In this document: positions 49,425-59,070 of the stretch, in pieces
Layout: each line of letters opens with the position of its first letter
How positions within the stretch are numbered: position 1 is the stretch's first letter
The notes under the pieces: generated by a model
What the model was told of the DNA's origin: nothing
Database searches by the model: none
What the model saw: only the letters and a program-made list of their open reading frames with translations
Position numbers and translations under genes: made by a program
NCBI GenBank assembly: GCA_965223325.1
Contig: CBDCWI010000001.1
Coordinates: 608,001 to 672,000 of the forward strand
DNA: 64,000 nucleotides
Direction of reading: 5' to 3'
DNA from: Candidatus Multivoradales bacterium
GTDB lineage: Bacteria > Acidobacteriota > Thermoanaerobaculia > Multivoradales > Multivoraceae

Positions 49425-49490
49425 AATTGCCCGGGAAGCGCCCGGGAATTGCCCGGGAATTGCCCGGGAGTCGCCCGGCGTGGGCCCGGC
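49425..49490. repeat. CCCGGG-core tandem array, exact 11-bp period, 6 units
   Basis: Cores at 49430, 49441, 49452, 49463 (cccggg) and 49474, 49485 (cccggc). Confidence 0.9.
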
Positions 49491-49631
49491 ACGAGTCTCC
49501 TCTGCTCTTCTCCACAAGCGCCAAGGCATCTCCAAGATCAGACTTGAATTTACGCCTCATTTGTGCCACGATCGTTCCCCTCTTCAACCCTAGACCACCT
49601 GAAGCCTCCAGCCCACCAGGAGCCCCAACCG

Positions 49632-50810
49632 ATGGCCGACCCAATCACCCCAATCACCCCAATCACCCCAGTCTCCCCAACCCCCCACACTGCACCCGAG
49701 ACTGCCCTGGCCATGCCTCCGCTCCAGACAGACCCTGAGCAACACGCCCTACCCCCACGGAGCCAGAAAACCAGAGGCCGGGGCGCCGTGATGAACCCCA
49801 GCAACCGGTTTGAGTCGAGATCCATCGAACCTCTGCCACTCGCCAACGGCTCCGGAGACCAACAACGCCCACCGACGCTCTACCTCGAAGATTCAACCCG
49901 CAGCATCATCAGCACCAACCAAAGCCCAGACATCGGGTTTGACAAGAGCCTCAACCCCTACCGCGGCTGCGAACACGGCTGCGCCTACTGCTACGCCCGC
50001 CCTACGCACGAATACCTCGGTTTTTCCCCCGGCCTCGAGTTCGAAACCCGCATTCTGGTCAAGCACCGCGCACCAGAACTGCTCGCAGAGGCCTTCTCGA
50101 CACCGGGCTACGAGCCCTCCCCTTTGGCCCTCTCTGGCGTCACCGACGCCTACCAGCCGATCGAGCGTCGGCTCGAAATCACCCGCCGTTGTCTGATGGT
50201 GCTGGCCGAGCATCGCCACCCCGTCCTCATCGTCACCAAGAACCGCCTGGTCACCAGGGACCTTCTGCTGCTCAAACGACTCGCCAGAGAGAACGCAGCC
50301 GCCGTCTTCATCTCGCTGACCACCCTCGACCCCGAGCTCTCACGCACCCTCGAACCGCGCGCCTCGAGTCCCACCGGCCGCCTCGCCGCCATGCGCGAGC
50401 TCAGTGCGGCCGGCATTCCGGTTGGGGTCATGGTCGCCCCCGTCATCCCGGCCCTCAACGATCAGGAGATACCCACCCTCTTGCGCGCCGCCGCCGACGC
50501 CGGTGCGTCGACCGCCCGCTGGGTCCTCTTGCGCCTCCCCTACAGTCTGCGCGAGCAGTTCGAGGCCTGGCTCCGGGTCCACTTCCCGCACCGAGCCGAG
50601 CGGGTTCTGAGCCGCATCGGCCAACTGCGCAGCGGCCAACTCAATGACCCCCAGTTCGGCTCACGCATGCGGGGAACCGGACCCTGGGCTGACCACCTGA
50701 GCCAGCTGTTTGAAACCAGCTGCAGGCGCTGCGGCCTCGACCGCGACCCGGTCGATCTTTCGAGTGAGTCGTTCAGGCGACCCGGCGGGGTGCAACTCAA
50801 GCTGCTCTGA
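49632..50810 (+). CDS. Radical SAM protein, PA0069/Rv2578c (SplB-like) family
   Basis: 'NPYRGCEHGCAYCYAR', 'TDAYQPIE', 'LEPRA', C-terminal 'QLKLL'. AGGAG precedes ATG 49632; ATG 49713 is an alternative start. Confidence 0.9.
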   Translation: MADPITPITPITPVSPTPHTAPETALAMPPLQTDPEQHALPPRSQKTRGRGAVMNPSNRFESRSIEPLPLANGSGDQQRPPTLYLEDSTRSIISTNQSPDIGFDKSLNPYRGCEHGCAYCYARPTHEYLGFSPGLEFETRILVKHRAPELLAEAFSTPGYEPSPLALSGVTDAYQPIERRLEITRRCLMVLAEHRHPVLIVTKNRLVTRDLLLLKRLARENAAAVFISLTTLDPELSRTLEPRASSPTGRLAAMRELSAAGIPVGVMVAPVIPALNDQEIPTLLRAAADAGASTARWVLLRLPYSLREQFEAWLRVHFPHRAERVLSRIGQLRSGQLNDPQFGSRMRGTGPWADHLSQLFETSCRRCGLDRDPVDLSSESFRRPGGVQLKLL

Positions 50811-51237
50811 AGCTGCCGCGGAACGCTCCCCGAGCCGCCTTCGAGAGCCCATCGACCCTCTATTTCTGTAGGCCGAAGCCGATCTAGCCGCCCGCGGCAT
50901 CGTAGGGTATGCTTCTGCCTCGATTCGAACGCATTCGGCGTCGCCGGTAGTGCACCCTCTCCAAGGCACTTTGGATCTGCCTGGTTCTCGAACGACCCAT
51001 CTAGCGTTCAGGAACCGCGGCTGGCAGAGCCTGGAAACGACGAGTCCGCAGAATCGGTCCATCGATCGAAAACCTGAGTCGAGTCGCGACGACAAACGTA
51101 CGCGGCACATCTGGCCCGGGGGCCCTGAGAGGGCGCCGCTTTCGGTTGTTCCACAAGACTCGAGAGAAGGCAAACACCTTCAAGAGGTGCGCGCGCGGCT
51201 CGTTTGGCGGGCGGCTAGAGCGCACAGGAGAGAATCA

Positions 51238-51837
51238 GTGAAGTTCAACGGACCCAAAGTCAAACTTTCTCGCAAGCTCGGCGTCGCCCTCAGCGACAAG
51301 GCCGCCCGTTACATGGAGCGCAAGGGTTATCCGCCCGGCATGCACGGCATGAAGCGTCGCCGTCGCCAGAGCAACTACGGCCGCCAGCTACTCGAGAAGC
51401 AGCGCCTGCGTTTCCAGTACAACGTCAGCGAGCGGCAAATGCGCACCTACTACAAGCGCTCGACCCGCATGAAGGGCGTCACCGGTGACAACCTGGTAGG
51501 CCTGCTCGAAACGCGTCTCGACGCCCTCGTCCAGCGCGCTGGCTTCGCGCCATCGATCTTCGCCGCCCGCCAGATGGTCGGCCACGGCCATCTCGCCGTG
51601 AACGGGCAGCGCGTCAACGTGCCGTCCTACCAATGCCGGCCCGGCGACAGCATCGAAGTGCGCGAGCGCAGCAAGAAGCTCCGTATCTTCAACGAGCCCT
51701 CGGCTTCCGGGGCAGTCCCGGGCTACATCGATGTCGACTCCTCGGGCTACAAGTTCAGCCTCGTGGCAACGCCGCGGCGCGACGAAGTGCCCGTGATCTG
51801 CGAGGTTCCGCTGGTCGTCGAGTTCTACTCGCGCTAG
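51238..51837 (+). CDS. rpsD: 30S ribosomal protein S4, stand-alone Cys-free type
   Basis: 'PPGMHG', 'YGRQLLEKQRLR', 'LETRLD', 'ARQMVGHGH', 'VEFYSR'. SD AGGAG then GTG. Confidence 0.95.
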   Translation: MKFNGPKVKLSRKLGVALSDKAARYMERKGYPPGMHGMKRRRRQSNYGRQLLEKQRLRFQYNVSERQMRTYYKRSTRMKGVTGDNLVGLLETRLDALVQRAGFAPSIFAARQMVGHGHLAVNGQRVNVPSYQCRPGDSIEVRERSKKLRIFNEPSASGAVPGYIDVDSSGYKFSLVATPRRDEVPVICEVPLVVEFYSR

Positions 51838-52144
51838 TACCCAGCCCGGGCGCACGTGCGCGAACTCTCGTTAGCGGCCCATTGCTCACGAGCCACCGCG
51901 TCCGGCGCTCACCCTCGGAATACCGAGAAGCGAGCCATCCTCTGCTAGAATCTACCACTCCGTCCCCGATTCTTGCGGCATTTGACGAACCGGGAATTGA
52001 TGTGTCTTCCCTCGGGTTCAGAGCATTGAGCCTCCCCGCCGCCAACTATCGGTCACCGACGAGGCCAAGCCTTCGCTCGCCGAGAGCGAGACTCGTCTCA
52101 GTCAACGCCACCCCTTCAGGGGCCACCTCTCCAAGGAGAGAGTA

Positions 52145-52900
52145 TTGTCCGCTCTTCAAGTCGCTGCCGCGAACCGTCGCGCCTCAAGCCTGACTCTCGT
52201 CTTGCCGCTGGTGCTCGCCAGCCCACTCTTCGTCGCCCCGGCCGCCTCAGCCTCCAGCTCGATCACCGGCCAGGTGCAATACGACGGCGCGGCCTTTCGG
52301 CAACGTGCCATTCGCATGAGCGCCGACCCTCAGTGTGAGGCGCTGCGCGAAGGCGAGCGGGTCACCGCCCAGGACCGCCTGGTGTCGGAGAACGGTGGCG
52401 TCGCCAACGTGTTTGTCTACGTCGACAACGCACCGGCCGCCACCGAGACCCCCAGCGAGCCGGTCACCCTGGGCCAGCAGGGCTGCATGTACACCCCGCG
52501 GGTGTTTGGCATTCGAGTCAACCAGACCCTCGAAATCTCCAATTCCGACCCGGTGCTCCACAACGTGCGCTGTCTCGCGCGCGACAACCGGCCGTTCAAC
52601 ATCGGGCAGCCAGCGGCGACCAAACCGCGTCAGAAGACGTTCCAGAAGGCCGAAAAGGCCGTCAGGTTCAAGTGCGACGTCCATCCCTGGATGGAAGCGA
52701 TCATCTTCGTGATGGAGCACGACTTCTGGGCTGTGACCGACGGCGACGGCAAGTTCTCGATTCCTGGTCTACCGGCGGGCACGTACAAGGTCGTCGCCTG
52801 GCACGAGACCTTTGGTGAACAGGAGGCCGAGGTGAACGTCGATGGCAGTGGCGCTGCCACCCTCGACTTCTCCTACTCCGAGGCACGCGCGGAAGGTTGA
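52145..52900 (+). CDS. Secreted protein with cupredoxin-like core and carboxypeptidase-regulatory-like domain
   Basis: 'QQGCMYTP', 'LHNV', 'KCDVHPWM', 'GKFSIPGLPAGTY..WHE'. Confidence 0.8.
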   Translation: MSALQVAAANRRASSLTLVLPLVLASPLFVAPAASASSSITGQVQYDGAAFRQRAIRMSADPQCEALREGERVTAQDRLVSENGGVANVFVYVDNAPAATETPSEPVTLGQQGCMYTPRVFGIRVNQTLEISNSDPVLHNVRCLARDNRPFNIGQPAATKPRQKTFQKAEKAVRFKCDVHPWMEAIIFVMEHDFWAVTDGDGKFSIPGLPAGTYKVVAWHETFGEQEAEVNVDGSGAATLDFSYSEARAEG

Positions 52901-53139
52901 TTGACACCTCGCGCCTCTCCAAGCCCGCTTTGTCTTTGGCCCCGATCTTCCATGGCCGCTGCCCTTCCCCTGCCCTCCCATCAGCTGCTCTCAACGACTC
53001 CCAAGCCTTCAGGAAGCCGCGCTCGTCGTAGCCATCCGGAGGCGCCGTGTCCCCTCACCGGGGTCATCCCACTAAGAACGCCTGCGCTCGGTCACTTCGA
53101 GCGACCGATGCGGGCGAAGAGAACGAAAGGAAACATCAA

Positions 53140-53745
53140 ATGAACGACACTCTTATGGAGATGATCGCCGGACAACTGAAAGGGGCTGCTGCCAGCAAGA
53201 TGGCAGAACAGCTCGGAGTCTCTGACCAGCGACAGGTCAATGACGCCGTCTCAGGAGCGTTGCCGCTGCTTTTCGGCGCCCTCGCCCGCAACGCCTCGTC
53301 CGGTAGTGGTGCCAACGCGCTCACCGCGGCGCTCGACCGGGACCACGACGGCAGCGTCCTCGACGACCTTGCCGGCTACCTCGGTGGCGGCGGCAACCAG
53401 AGCGCCGGCTCGGCCATTCTTGGGCACGTGCTCGGCAGCCGTCAGAACAACGCCGCCAGCGCCATCAGCAAGATGAGTGGTCTCAACAGCAAGCAGACTG
53501 CCAGCCTCCTGGCGATGCTCGCTCCGCTGGTGCTTGGCGCGCTGGGCAAGAAGAAGCGTGAAGCCAACCTCGGCGCCTCGGATCTCGCGGGTATGTTGCA
53601 GCGCGAGCAGGCCAGGGCCGATGAGGTCGAGCCTGACGCGATGCGCGTGTTCGGTCGCCTGCTCGACCAGGACGGCGACGGCGACATCAAAGACGATCTG
53701 GCAAAGCTCGGCACCGGAATGCTCGGTCGCCTGCTGAGCCGCTAG
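53140..53745 (+). CDS. DUF937 family protein
   Basis: 'DHDGSVLDDL', 'ILGHVLG', 'LDQDGDG'. SD AAGGA before ATG. Confidence 0.8.
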   Translation: MNDTLMEMIAGQLKGAAASKMAEQLGVSDQRQVNDAVSGALPLLFGALARNASSGSGANALTAALDRDHDGSVLDDLAGYLGGGGNQSAGSAILGHVLGSRQNNAASAISKMSGLNSKQTASLLAMLAPLVLGALGKKKREANLGASDLAGMLQREQARADEVEPDAMRVFGRLLDQDGDGDIKDDLAKLGTGMLGRLLSR

Positions 53746-53797
53746 CCGCTACTAGAAACAAACCCCAACACAAACAAGAAAGAAAAGGAGATCAGCT

Positions 53798-54289
53798 ATG
53801 GGTCTGATCGATTTCGTAAAAGACGCTGGCGCCAAACTACTTGGCTTCGGTGATGATGATGACAAGAGACCAGCCGAGGCCCCCGAAGTCACGGGCAAGA
53901 GCCTCGAAGAGATTCGGGCGCTTTCGCTCGAGAAGAAGGTCCGCGAGCTCGGCCTCGAGGTCGAGAACCTCGGTGTGACCGTAGACGGCACCACTGCCAT
54001 CGTGCGCGGCTCGGTTCCCAACCAGGCGACCCGTGAGAAGGTCGTGCTCTGCTGCGGCAACAACGCCGGAATCGCCCACGTCGACGATCGCCTCGACGTC
54101 GAGCAGGAAGAACCGGAAGCGACCCTCTACACGGTCGTCAGTGGCGACACCCTGAGCGGCATCGCGAAGGCACACTACGGCAATGCGATGAAGTACCCGG
54201 TGATCTTCGAGGCCAACCGGCCGATGCTGGAAGACCCAGACAAGATCTACCCCGGTCAGGTCCTCCGCATTCCGCCACTCGAAGACTAA
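53798..54289 (+). CDS. kbp: BON-LysM protein (Kbp/YgaU)
   Basis: 'MGLIDFVKDAGAKL', BON domain, LysM 'YTVVSGDTLS..IFEAN..PDKIYPGQVLRIP'. Confidence 0.9.
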   Translation: MGLIDFVKDAGAKLLGFGDDDDKRPAEAPEVTGKSLEEIRALSLEKKVRELGLEVENLGVTVDGTTAIVRGSVPNQATREKVVLCCGNNAGIAHVDDRLDVEQEEPEATLYTVVSGDTLSGIAKAHYGNAMKYPVIFEANRPMLEDPDKIYPGQVLRIPPLED

Positions 54290-54298
54290 CTCTGACGA

Positions 54299-54328
54299 GG
54301 CCAGGGCTCGCTTCATGCGACCCTGGCC
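54299..54328 (+). terminator. Hairpin after the BON-LysM gene
   Basis: ggccaggg...ccctggcc stem; weak U tail. Confidence 0.45.
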
Positions 54329-54541
54329 CTTCAGCTTCCCAAAGGAACGCCGCACGCGCTCCTCCTGGAAGCTCCCAGGCTCATCCCTGAGGGCTTTGGT
54401 TTCTCTTCTCCCACCTTCCCACCTCCCCCACAGCTCGGCCTGAGTCCTCATGGCCCACGACAGACGCTTCGAAGTCCTGGGGCTCTCTTTCCTGCTCAGT
54501 ACAACCGGGTCACATCACACTGCAAGACAAAGGAACTCAAC

Positions 54542-54796
54542 ATGTCCGTTGCAAAAATCACCGAACTCTCCTCGAGCTCGACCAAGAGCTTCGAAGACGC
54601 CATCAACAAGGCCATTGCGCGCGCCGACAAAACCCTCGACAACATTCGCGGCGCCTGGGTCGAGACGATGAAGGTAGACGTCAAGAACGGCAAGGTCTCG
54701 GGCTACCGCGTCAACCTCAAGGTCACCTTCGAGCTCAAGAACCCGACGGCCCGCAAGACCAAGAAGAAGGCCAAGAGGAAGACCAAGCGCAAGTAG
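54542..54796 (+). CDS. Dodecin family protein with Lys-rich tail
   Basis: 'MSVAKITE.SSSS.KSFEDAI..A.KTL.NIRGAWV..YRVNLKVTF'. Confidence 0.9.
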   Translation: MSVAKITELSSSSTKSFEDAINKAIARADKTLDNIRGAWVETMKVDVKNGKVSGYRVNLKVTFELKNPTARKTKKKAKRKTKRK

Positions 54797-54851
54797 AGCG
54801 CAGTCCGCGACGCGCGGACACCTGAGAACGGCGCAACCGAGAAAGGAGCGC

Positions 54852-54886
54852 CAATGAGAGCCCCCGCCTCCGAGGGGCTCTCATTG
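54852..54886. terminator. 13-bp hairpin after dodecin
   Basis: caatgagagcccc/ggggctctcattg. Confidence 0.6.
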
Positions 54887-54949
54887 TAGCCAGGTCTGGT
54901 TGTTCCCGAAGGTCGAACAACCCTCTCTGCGAGGAACTAAGCTCGGGTG

Positions 54950-55672
54950 ATGAGACAGCGCCAGATCGGTACGACCTTCTTCCTCTGCGCGCTCCTCGCA
55001 GTCACAGCTGTGGGAGCCCAAAGCGACGGTTCGAGTAGCACCTACCTCGGTCGGGCAATCGCCGACGTGATGAGTTGGCGGGGTGCCCCCTGGCTCGAAC
55101 GCGACAGCCGGGTTGCGGAGGAAGACCCCGATGCGTTGCTCGCCGAGCTACCGCTCGAACCCGGCGACACGGCCGTCGATCTGGGATGCGGCAGCGGCTA
55201 CTTCGCGCGCCGGATGTCCAGGTTGGTTGGCGCACCCGGCCGCGTCCTGTGCGTCGATATCCAGCGAGAGATGCTCGAGATTGCGCGCCGCCTGGCCGAA
55301 GCAGAGGGCATCAGCAACATGGAGTACATCAAGAGCGACTCGACCGATCCGAAACTCGCCCCCGGAAGTGTCGACGTGATGGTGCTGGTCGACGTCTACC
55401 ACGAGATGGCCGAGCCGGCCCCGATGCTCGAGGCCATGCATCGCGCCCTCAAACCTGACGGGGTGATCGCGCTGGCCGAGTTTCGGCTGGAGGGCGACAG
55501 CGCCGCGCACATCAAGCTCGAGCACCGCATGTCGGTGGAACAGGTGTTGCGGGAATGGCAAGGCGCCGACTTCAAGCTGCGCCGCCTGATCAACACCCTG
55601 CCAACCCAGCACCTTTTCCTGTTCGAAAGGGCGCCAGTCGAAGAACCTACGAAGGACCTTCTTGACGGTTGA
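54950..55672 (+). CDS. Class I SAM methyltransferase with N-terminal signal-like segment
   Basis: 'VDLGCGSG', 'VDIQ', 'VDVYHE', 'LPTQH'. TAAGCT lies 6 nt before the ATG. Confidence 0.85.
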   Translation: MRQRQIGTTFFLCALLAVTAVGAQSDGSSSTYLGRAIADVMSWRGAPWLERDSRVAEEDPDALLAELPLEPGDTAVDLGCGSGYFARRMSRLVGAPGRVLCVDIQREMLEIARRLAEAEGISNMEYIKSDSTDPKLAPGSVDVMVLVDVYHEMAEPAPMLEAMHRALKPDGVIALAEFRLEGDSAAHIKLEHRMSVEQVLREWQGADFKLRRLINTLPTQHLFLFERAPVEEPTKDLLDG

Positions 55673-56585
55673 CGAACTGAGCAACCGCCTCGCCGATCGC
55701 CGCCGGCGAGTCTTCCTGGATGAAGTGTGAGCCGGCGAGGGTGATCTCGAGCTGGTTTGGCCAACGCCGGCAGCGCTCGCGCTGCTTGCCAATCAGGATC
55801 GCGCCGGGATCGGCGTTGATGAACAACTTGGGAAGCTCCTCGGACTGCGCCATGAACTGCTCGTAGCGACCCGCGATCTCGGCGACATCCGCCGGTTCAC
55901 CCTCGATCGGGATCTCGCGCGGCCAAGTCAGCGTCGGACGACGCGCCTCACCCGGTTCTTCGAAGCGTCGGCGGTAGACCGTCATTTCACCTTCGGTCAA
56001 ACCGCGCAGAACGGAACCTGGCAGGATGCGCTCGACGAAGAGGTTCTTCTCGAGCACCATCTCCTCGCCAGCCGGTGACCGCATACCCTGGAAGACCCCG
56101 CGCGCCGCCTCGGGCCAGTCCTGCCAATCCTCGATCGGACCGATGATGGCTTCCATGTAGGCGACCCCGGCCACGCGCTCAGGGTGGCGTGCCGTCCAGT
56201 CGAACCCGAGTGCCGACCCCCAGTCATGAATGACCAGGAAGACGCGTTCGTCCGGCAAGACCGCATCGAACCACGCATCGAGGTAACGACGGTGATCTAC
56301 GAAGCGGTAACTCCCTTCGGGGTTGGACCCCGAGTCGCCCATGCCAATCAGGTCAGGCGCCAGGCAGCGATGGGTGGCTTCGACCGGAGTGATCACATTG
56401 CGCCACAGGTAGGACGAGGTCGGGTTGCCGTGCAGGAAGACGACAACCGGTCGACCGGACATGTCGCCGGAAGCGGAACTGGCGGAGGCCGTGTCGACGT
56501 AGGCCATCTCGCTGTCATGAACCTCGACCCGCAGGCGTGCTCGGCTGTCCTCGGTGGCGATCGGATCCTGTGTACTTTTGCTCAA
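55647..56585 (-). CDS. Haloalkane dehalogenase (HLD-II, LinB/DhaA-like)
   Basis: 'FLHGNPTSSYLWRN', 'IHDWGS', 'YMEA', 'TLTWPRE', 'HFIQED'. TTG start after GAGGT is inferred. Confidence 0.92.
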   Translation of the reverse strand: MSKSTQDPIATEDSRARLRVEVHDSEMAYVDTASASSASGDMSGRPVVVFLHGNPTSSYLWRNVITPVEATHRCLAPDLIGMGDSGSNPEGSYRFVDHRRYLDAWFDAVLPDERVFLVIHDWGSALGFDWTARHPERVAGVAYMEAIIGPIEDWQDWPEAARGVFQGMRSPAGEEMVLEKNLFVERILPGSVLRGLTEGEMTVYRRRFEEPGEARRPTLTWPREIPIEGEPADVAEIAGRYEQFMAQSEELPKLFINADPGAILIGKQRERCRRWPNQLEITLAGSHFIQEDSPAAIGEAVAQFVNRQEGPS

Positions 56586-56805
56586 TTGACATGACCTCGG
56601 GAAGATGCGGTCTGGAACAACGCTCAGCGGTGATTCATTGCGCACCATACCAACCCGTGGGGCACCACTTCGAGAGCTGCGGGACCAAGCAGCATGGTCC
56701 CATCGAGCGGCCGCCGCTCCACTAAGATCCCGTCAAGACATCGCAGGTACAACACGCCAGCTTTTCAATTGGGGAACCGTCCCCACTCCTCGGGAGCCTT
56801 CTCTG

Positions 56806-59070
56806 ATGACGACTATCGGCAAGTCCATTCCGCTGCTCGAAGGGCCAGCCAAAGTTCGCGGTGCGCTGGCCTTCGGCGGCGACCTCCATCGTCATGGCCT
56901 CCTCCACGCCCGCCTGGTCACCAGCCCGCACGCCCACGCGCGCGTGACTGGGATCGCGACCGCCGAGGCGCTCGACGTACCGGGAGTCGATAGCGTCCTC
57001 ACCGGAGCCGACCTGCCCGAGGTTCCCCCGAATAGCCGCGGCAACCTCCTGCTGGCACGAGACCGTGTGTTGTTCGTCGGGCACCCCGTCGCGCTGGTTC
57101 TCGCCGAGTCGGAAGCGGCGGCAGAGGACGGTGCCGAGAGGGTGTTCGCTGACTACGACCTCCTGCCGGCTGCAACCGACCTCGACGCGGCGCTGGCTCC
57201 CGACGGGCCAGCGGTGTGGCCCGACGGACTGCCCGGCCAGTCCGCCGAGGCGGCCGCGCACGGTGCATCGGGTCCCGACAACGAGGAGTCGGTTGACCAT
57301 GGGTCTCACAACATCGCCGCCACGGTCGAGCTCCCCCGAGGCGACCTTGACGCGGGCTTTGAAGCCGCCGCCCTGATCGTCGAACGCACCTTCGATACGC
57401 AGGCCGTTCACCAGGGCTATCTCGAGCCTCATTTGGCGATGGCCGAGATCGACCCCGGCGGGCAATCGGCGACGATCTGGAGCAGCACCCAGGCAACCCA
57501 CTATGTGCGTGACTCGGTCGCCGACGTCCTCGGACTGCCCCATACCGCAGTGCGCGCTATCGGTACGCCGGTCGGCGGCGGGTTTGGGGGCAAGTTCCTG
57601 CTCTACGAACCGCTGGTGGCGCTCGCAGCGCGTCATGCGGGTCGTCCCGTGCGCTGTGTTCTCACCCGTTTCGAAGAAATGGTGGCGGCAACGCCGGCCC
57701 CCGCGACCCGAGTAGACATCAAGGCGGGAGTCACCGCCGAGGGAGCTCTGACCGCACTCGAAGCGACCCTGTGGATGGACAACGGCTGTTTCCCGAACTC
57801 GATGGGTATCCTCGCTGGTGTCTTGCTGGGGAGCGCATACCAGGCACCCAACCAGCTGGTTCGAGGCATCGAAGTGCTAACTCACAAGAGTTCGGTCGGG
57901 GCCTATCGCGCACCCTGCGCACCTCAGTGCTGCTTTGCGCTCGAGTCGGTCATGGACGAAATCGCCAAACGGCTGGAGATGGATCCCATCGCTCTGCGGC
58001 GCTTGAATGCCTCCGAGCCCGGTCAACCCATGGCGATGGGCAACCCCTGGCCCTCGATGGGAATGAAGGAGGTGCTCGAAGCCCTCGAAGAGCACGACGC
58101 CTGGCAAGGCCGCACGGCGGCACGGGCTCGCGGTCGTGGGGTGGGAATCGCTGTTGGCGGCTGGCCCGGCGGCACCGAGCCCGCCGCAGCAGCCTGCGCC
58201 CTCCAGAACGACGGCACGCTGCAGGTCCACGTTGGTTCGGTCGATCTCACCGGTACCGATACAGCGATCGCCGCCATGGCGGCCGAAGCCTTCGGCGTCG
58301 ACGTCGCAGAGGTGCAGTTGGTGCGCGGCGATACCGCCACCGCTCCCTTCGCGGGTGCCACCGGCGGCAGCAAGATCCTCTACACGGTAGGGCCGGCGGT
58401 GCTCGAGGCCGCCGAGCAGGCACGCCATCAGACCCTCGAACTGGCAGCCAAGAAGCTCGAAGCGGCGGTTGAGGACCTCGAAATCCAGAACGGCCAGGTG
58501 CAGGTCAAGGGCTCCCCAGATCGCGGTCTCGCGCTGGCCAGACTCGCCGCCAGCACGATGCACTACGGGGCCAAGCAGGCGCCGATCTACGGTCACGGCC
58601 GCCACGCCCAACAACAGAACGCACCCGGCTTCTGCGCTCAGCTGGCGGAGGTCGAAGTCGATTCCGAGACCGGCCGGGTCATCGTGCACCGCCTGGTCGT
58701 CGTTCAGGACGTTGGCAGGAGTATCAACCCGCTGATGATCGAAGGCCAAATGGCCGGCGGCGCAATTCAGGGAGTCGGTTGGGCTCTGTACGAAGGAATG
58801 TCGTGGGATGAGGACGGCCAGATCGTCACCGGCTCGCTCTTCGACTACACCCTGCCCGATGCCGGTCAGACACCGCGCCACCTCGAGTTGGTTCGGGTCG
58901 AGGTACCGGCTCCCACCGGACCCTTCGGCGCCCGGGGGGTCGGCGAGCCGCCGGTGATTCCGACCGCAGCGGCGATCGCCAACGCGATTGCCGACGCCAC
59001 CGGAGGCCGGCCGGAGTCCCTGCCGATGACTCCGGGGCGGGTGCGCGAGCTCGCGACCCAGACCGACTGA
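56806..59070 (+). CDS. Xanthine dehydrogenase family molybdopterin-binding large subunit
   Basis: 'SPHAHAR', 'HQGYLEPH', 'VGGGFGGK', 'AYRAP', 'QDVGRSINP..EGQ..GG', 'GARGVGEPP'. Confidence 0.92.
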   Translation: MTTIGKSIPLLEGPAKVRGALAFGGDLHRHGLLHARLVTSPHAHARVTGIATAEALDVPGVDSVLTGADLPEVPPNSRGNLLLARDRVLFVGHPVALVLAESEAAAEDGAERVFADYDLLPAATDLDAALAPDGPAVWPDGLPGQSAEAAAHGASGPDNEESVDHGSHNIAATVELPRGDLDAGFEAAALIVERTFDTQAVHQGYLEPHLAMAEIDPGGQSATIWSSTQATHYVRDSVADVLGLPHTAVRAIGTPVGGGFGGKFLLYEPLVALAARHAGRPVRCVLTRFEEMVAATPAPATRVDIKAGVTAEGALTALEATLWMDNGCFPNSMGILAGVLLGSAYQAPNQLVRGIEVLTHKSSVGAYRAPCAPQCCFALESVMDEIAKRLEMDPIALRRLNASEPGQPMAMGNPWPSMGMKEVLEALEEHDAWQGRTAARARGRGVGIAVGGWPGGTEPAAAACALQNDGTLQVHVGSVDLTGTDTAIAAMAAEAFGVDVAEVQLVRGDTATAPFAGATGGSKILYTVGPAVLEAAEQARHQTLELAAKKLEAAVEDLEIQNGQVQVKGSPDRGLALARLAASTMHYGAKQAPIYGHGRHAQQQNAPGFCAQLAEVEVDSETGRVIVHRLVVVQDVGRSINPLMIEGQMAGGAIQGVGWALYEGMSWDEDGQIVTGSLFDYTLPDAGQTPRHLELVRVEVPAPTGPFGARGVGEPPVIPTAAAIANAIADATGGRPESLPMTPGRVRELATQTD

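Noticed and set aside
49425-49490. CCCGGG arrays as CRISPR
   Set aside because: 11-bp period, no unique spacers, and no cas genes in the window.
49641-49680. 9-nt repeat ccaatcacc x3 (PIT repeats)
   Set aside because: Low-complexity in-frame slippage in a probably disordered N-terminus or UTR; no evidence of function.
51168-51200. GGCAAAC...hairpin as a c-di-GMP-I riboswitch
   Set aside because: Lacks the GNRA loop and the following GACGCAAAG/P3 elements.
56806-59070. Aerobic CO dehydrogenase CoxL
   Set aside because: No AYRCSFR motif and no coxMS or accessory genes adjacent.
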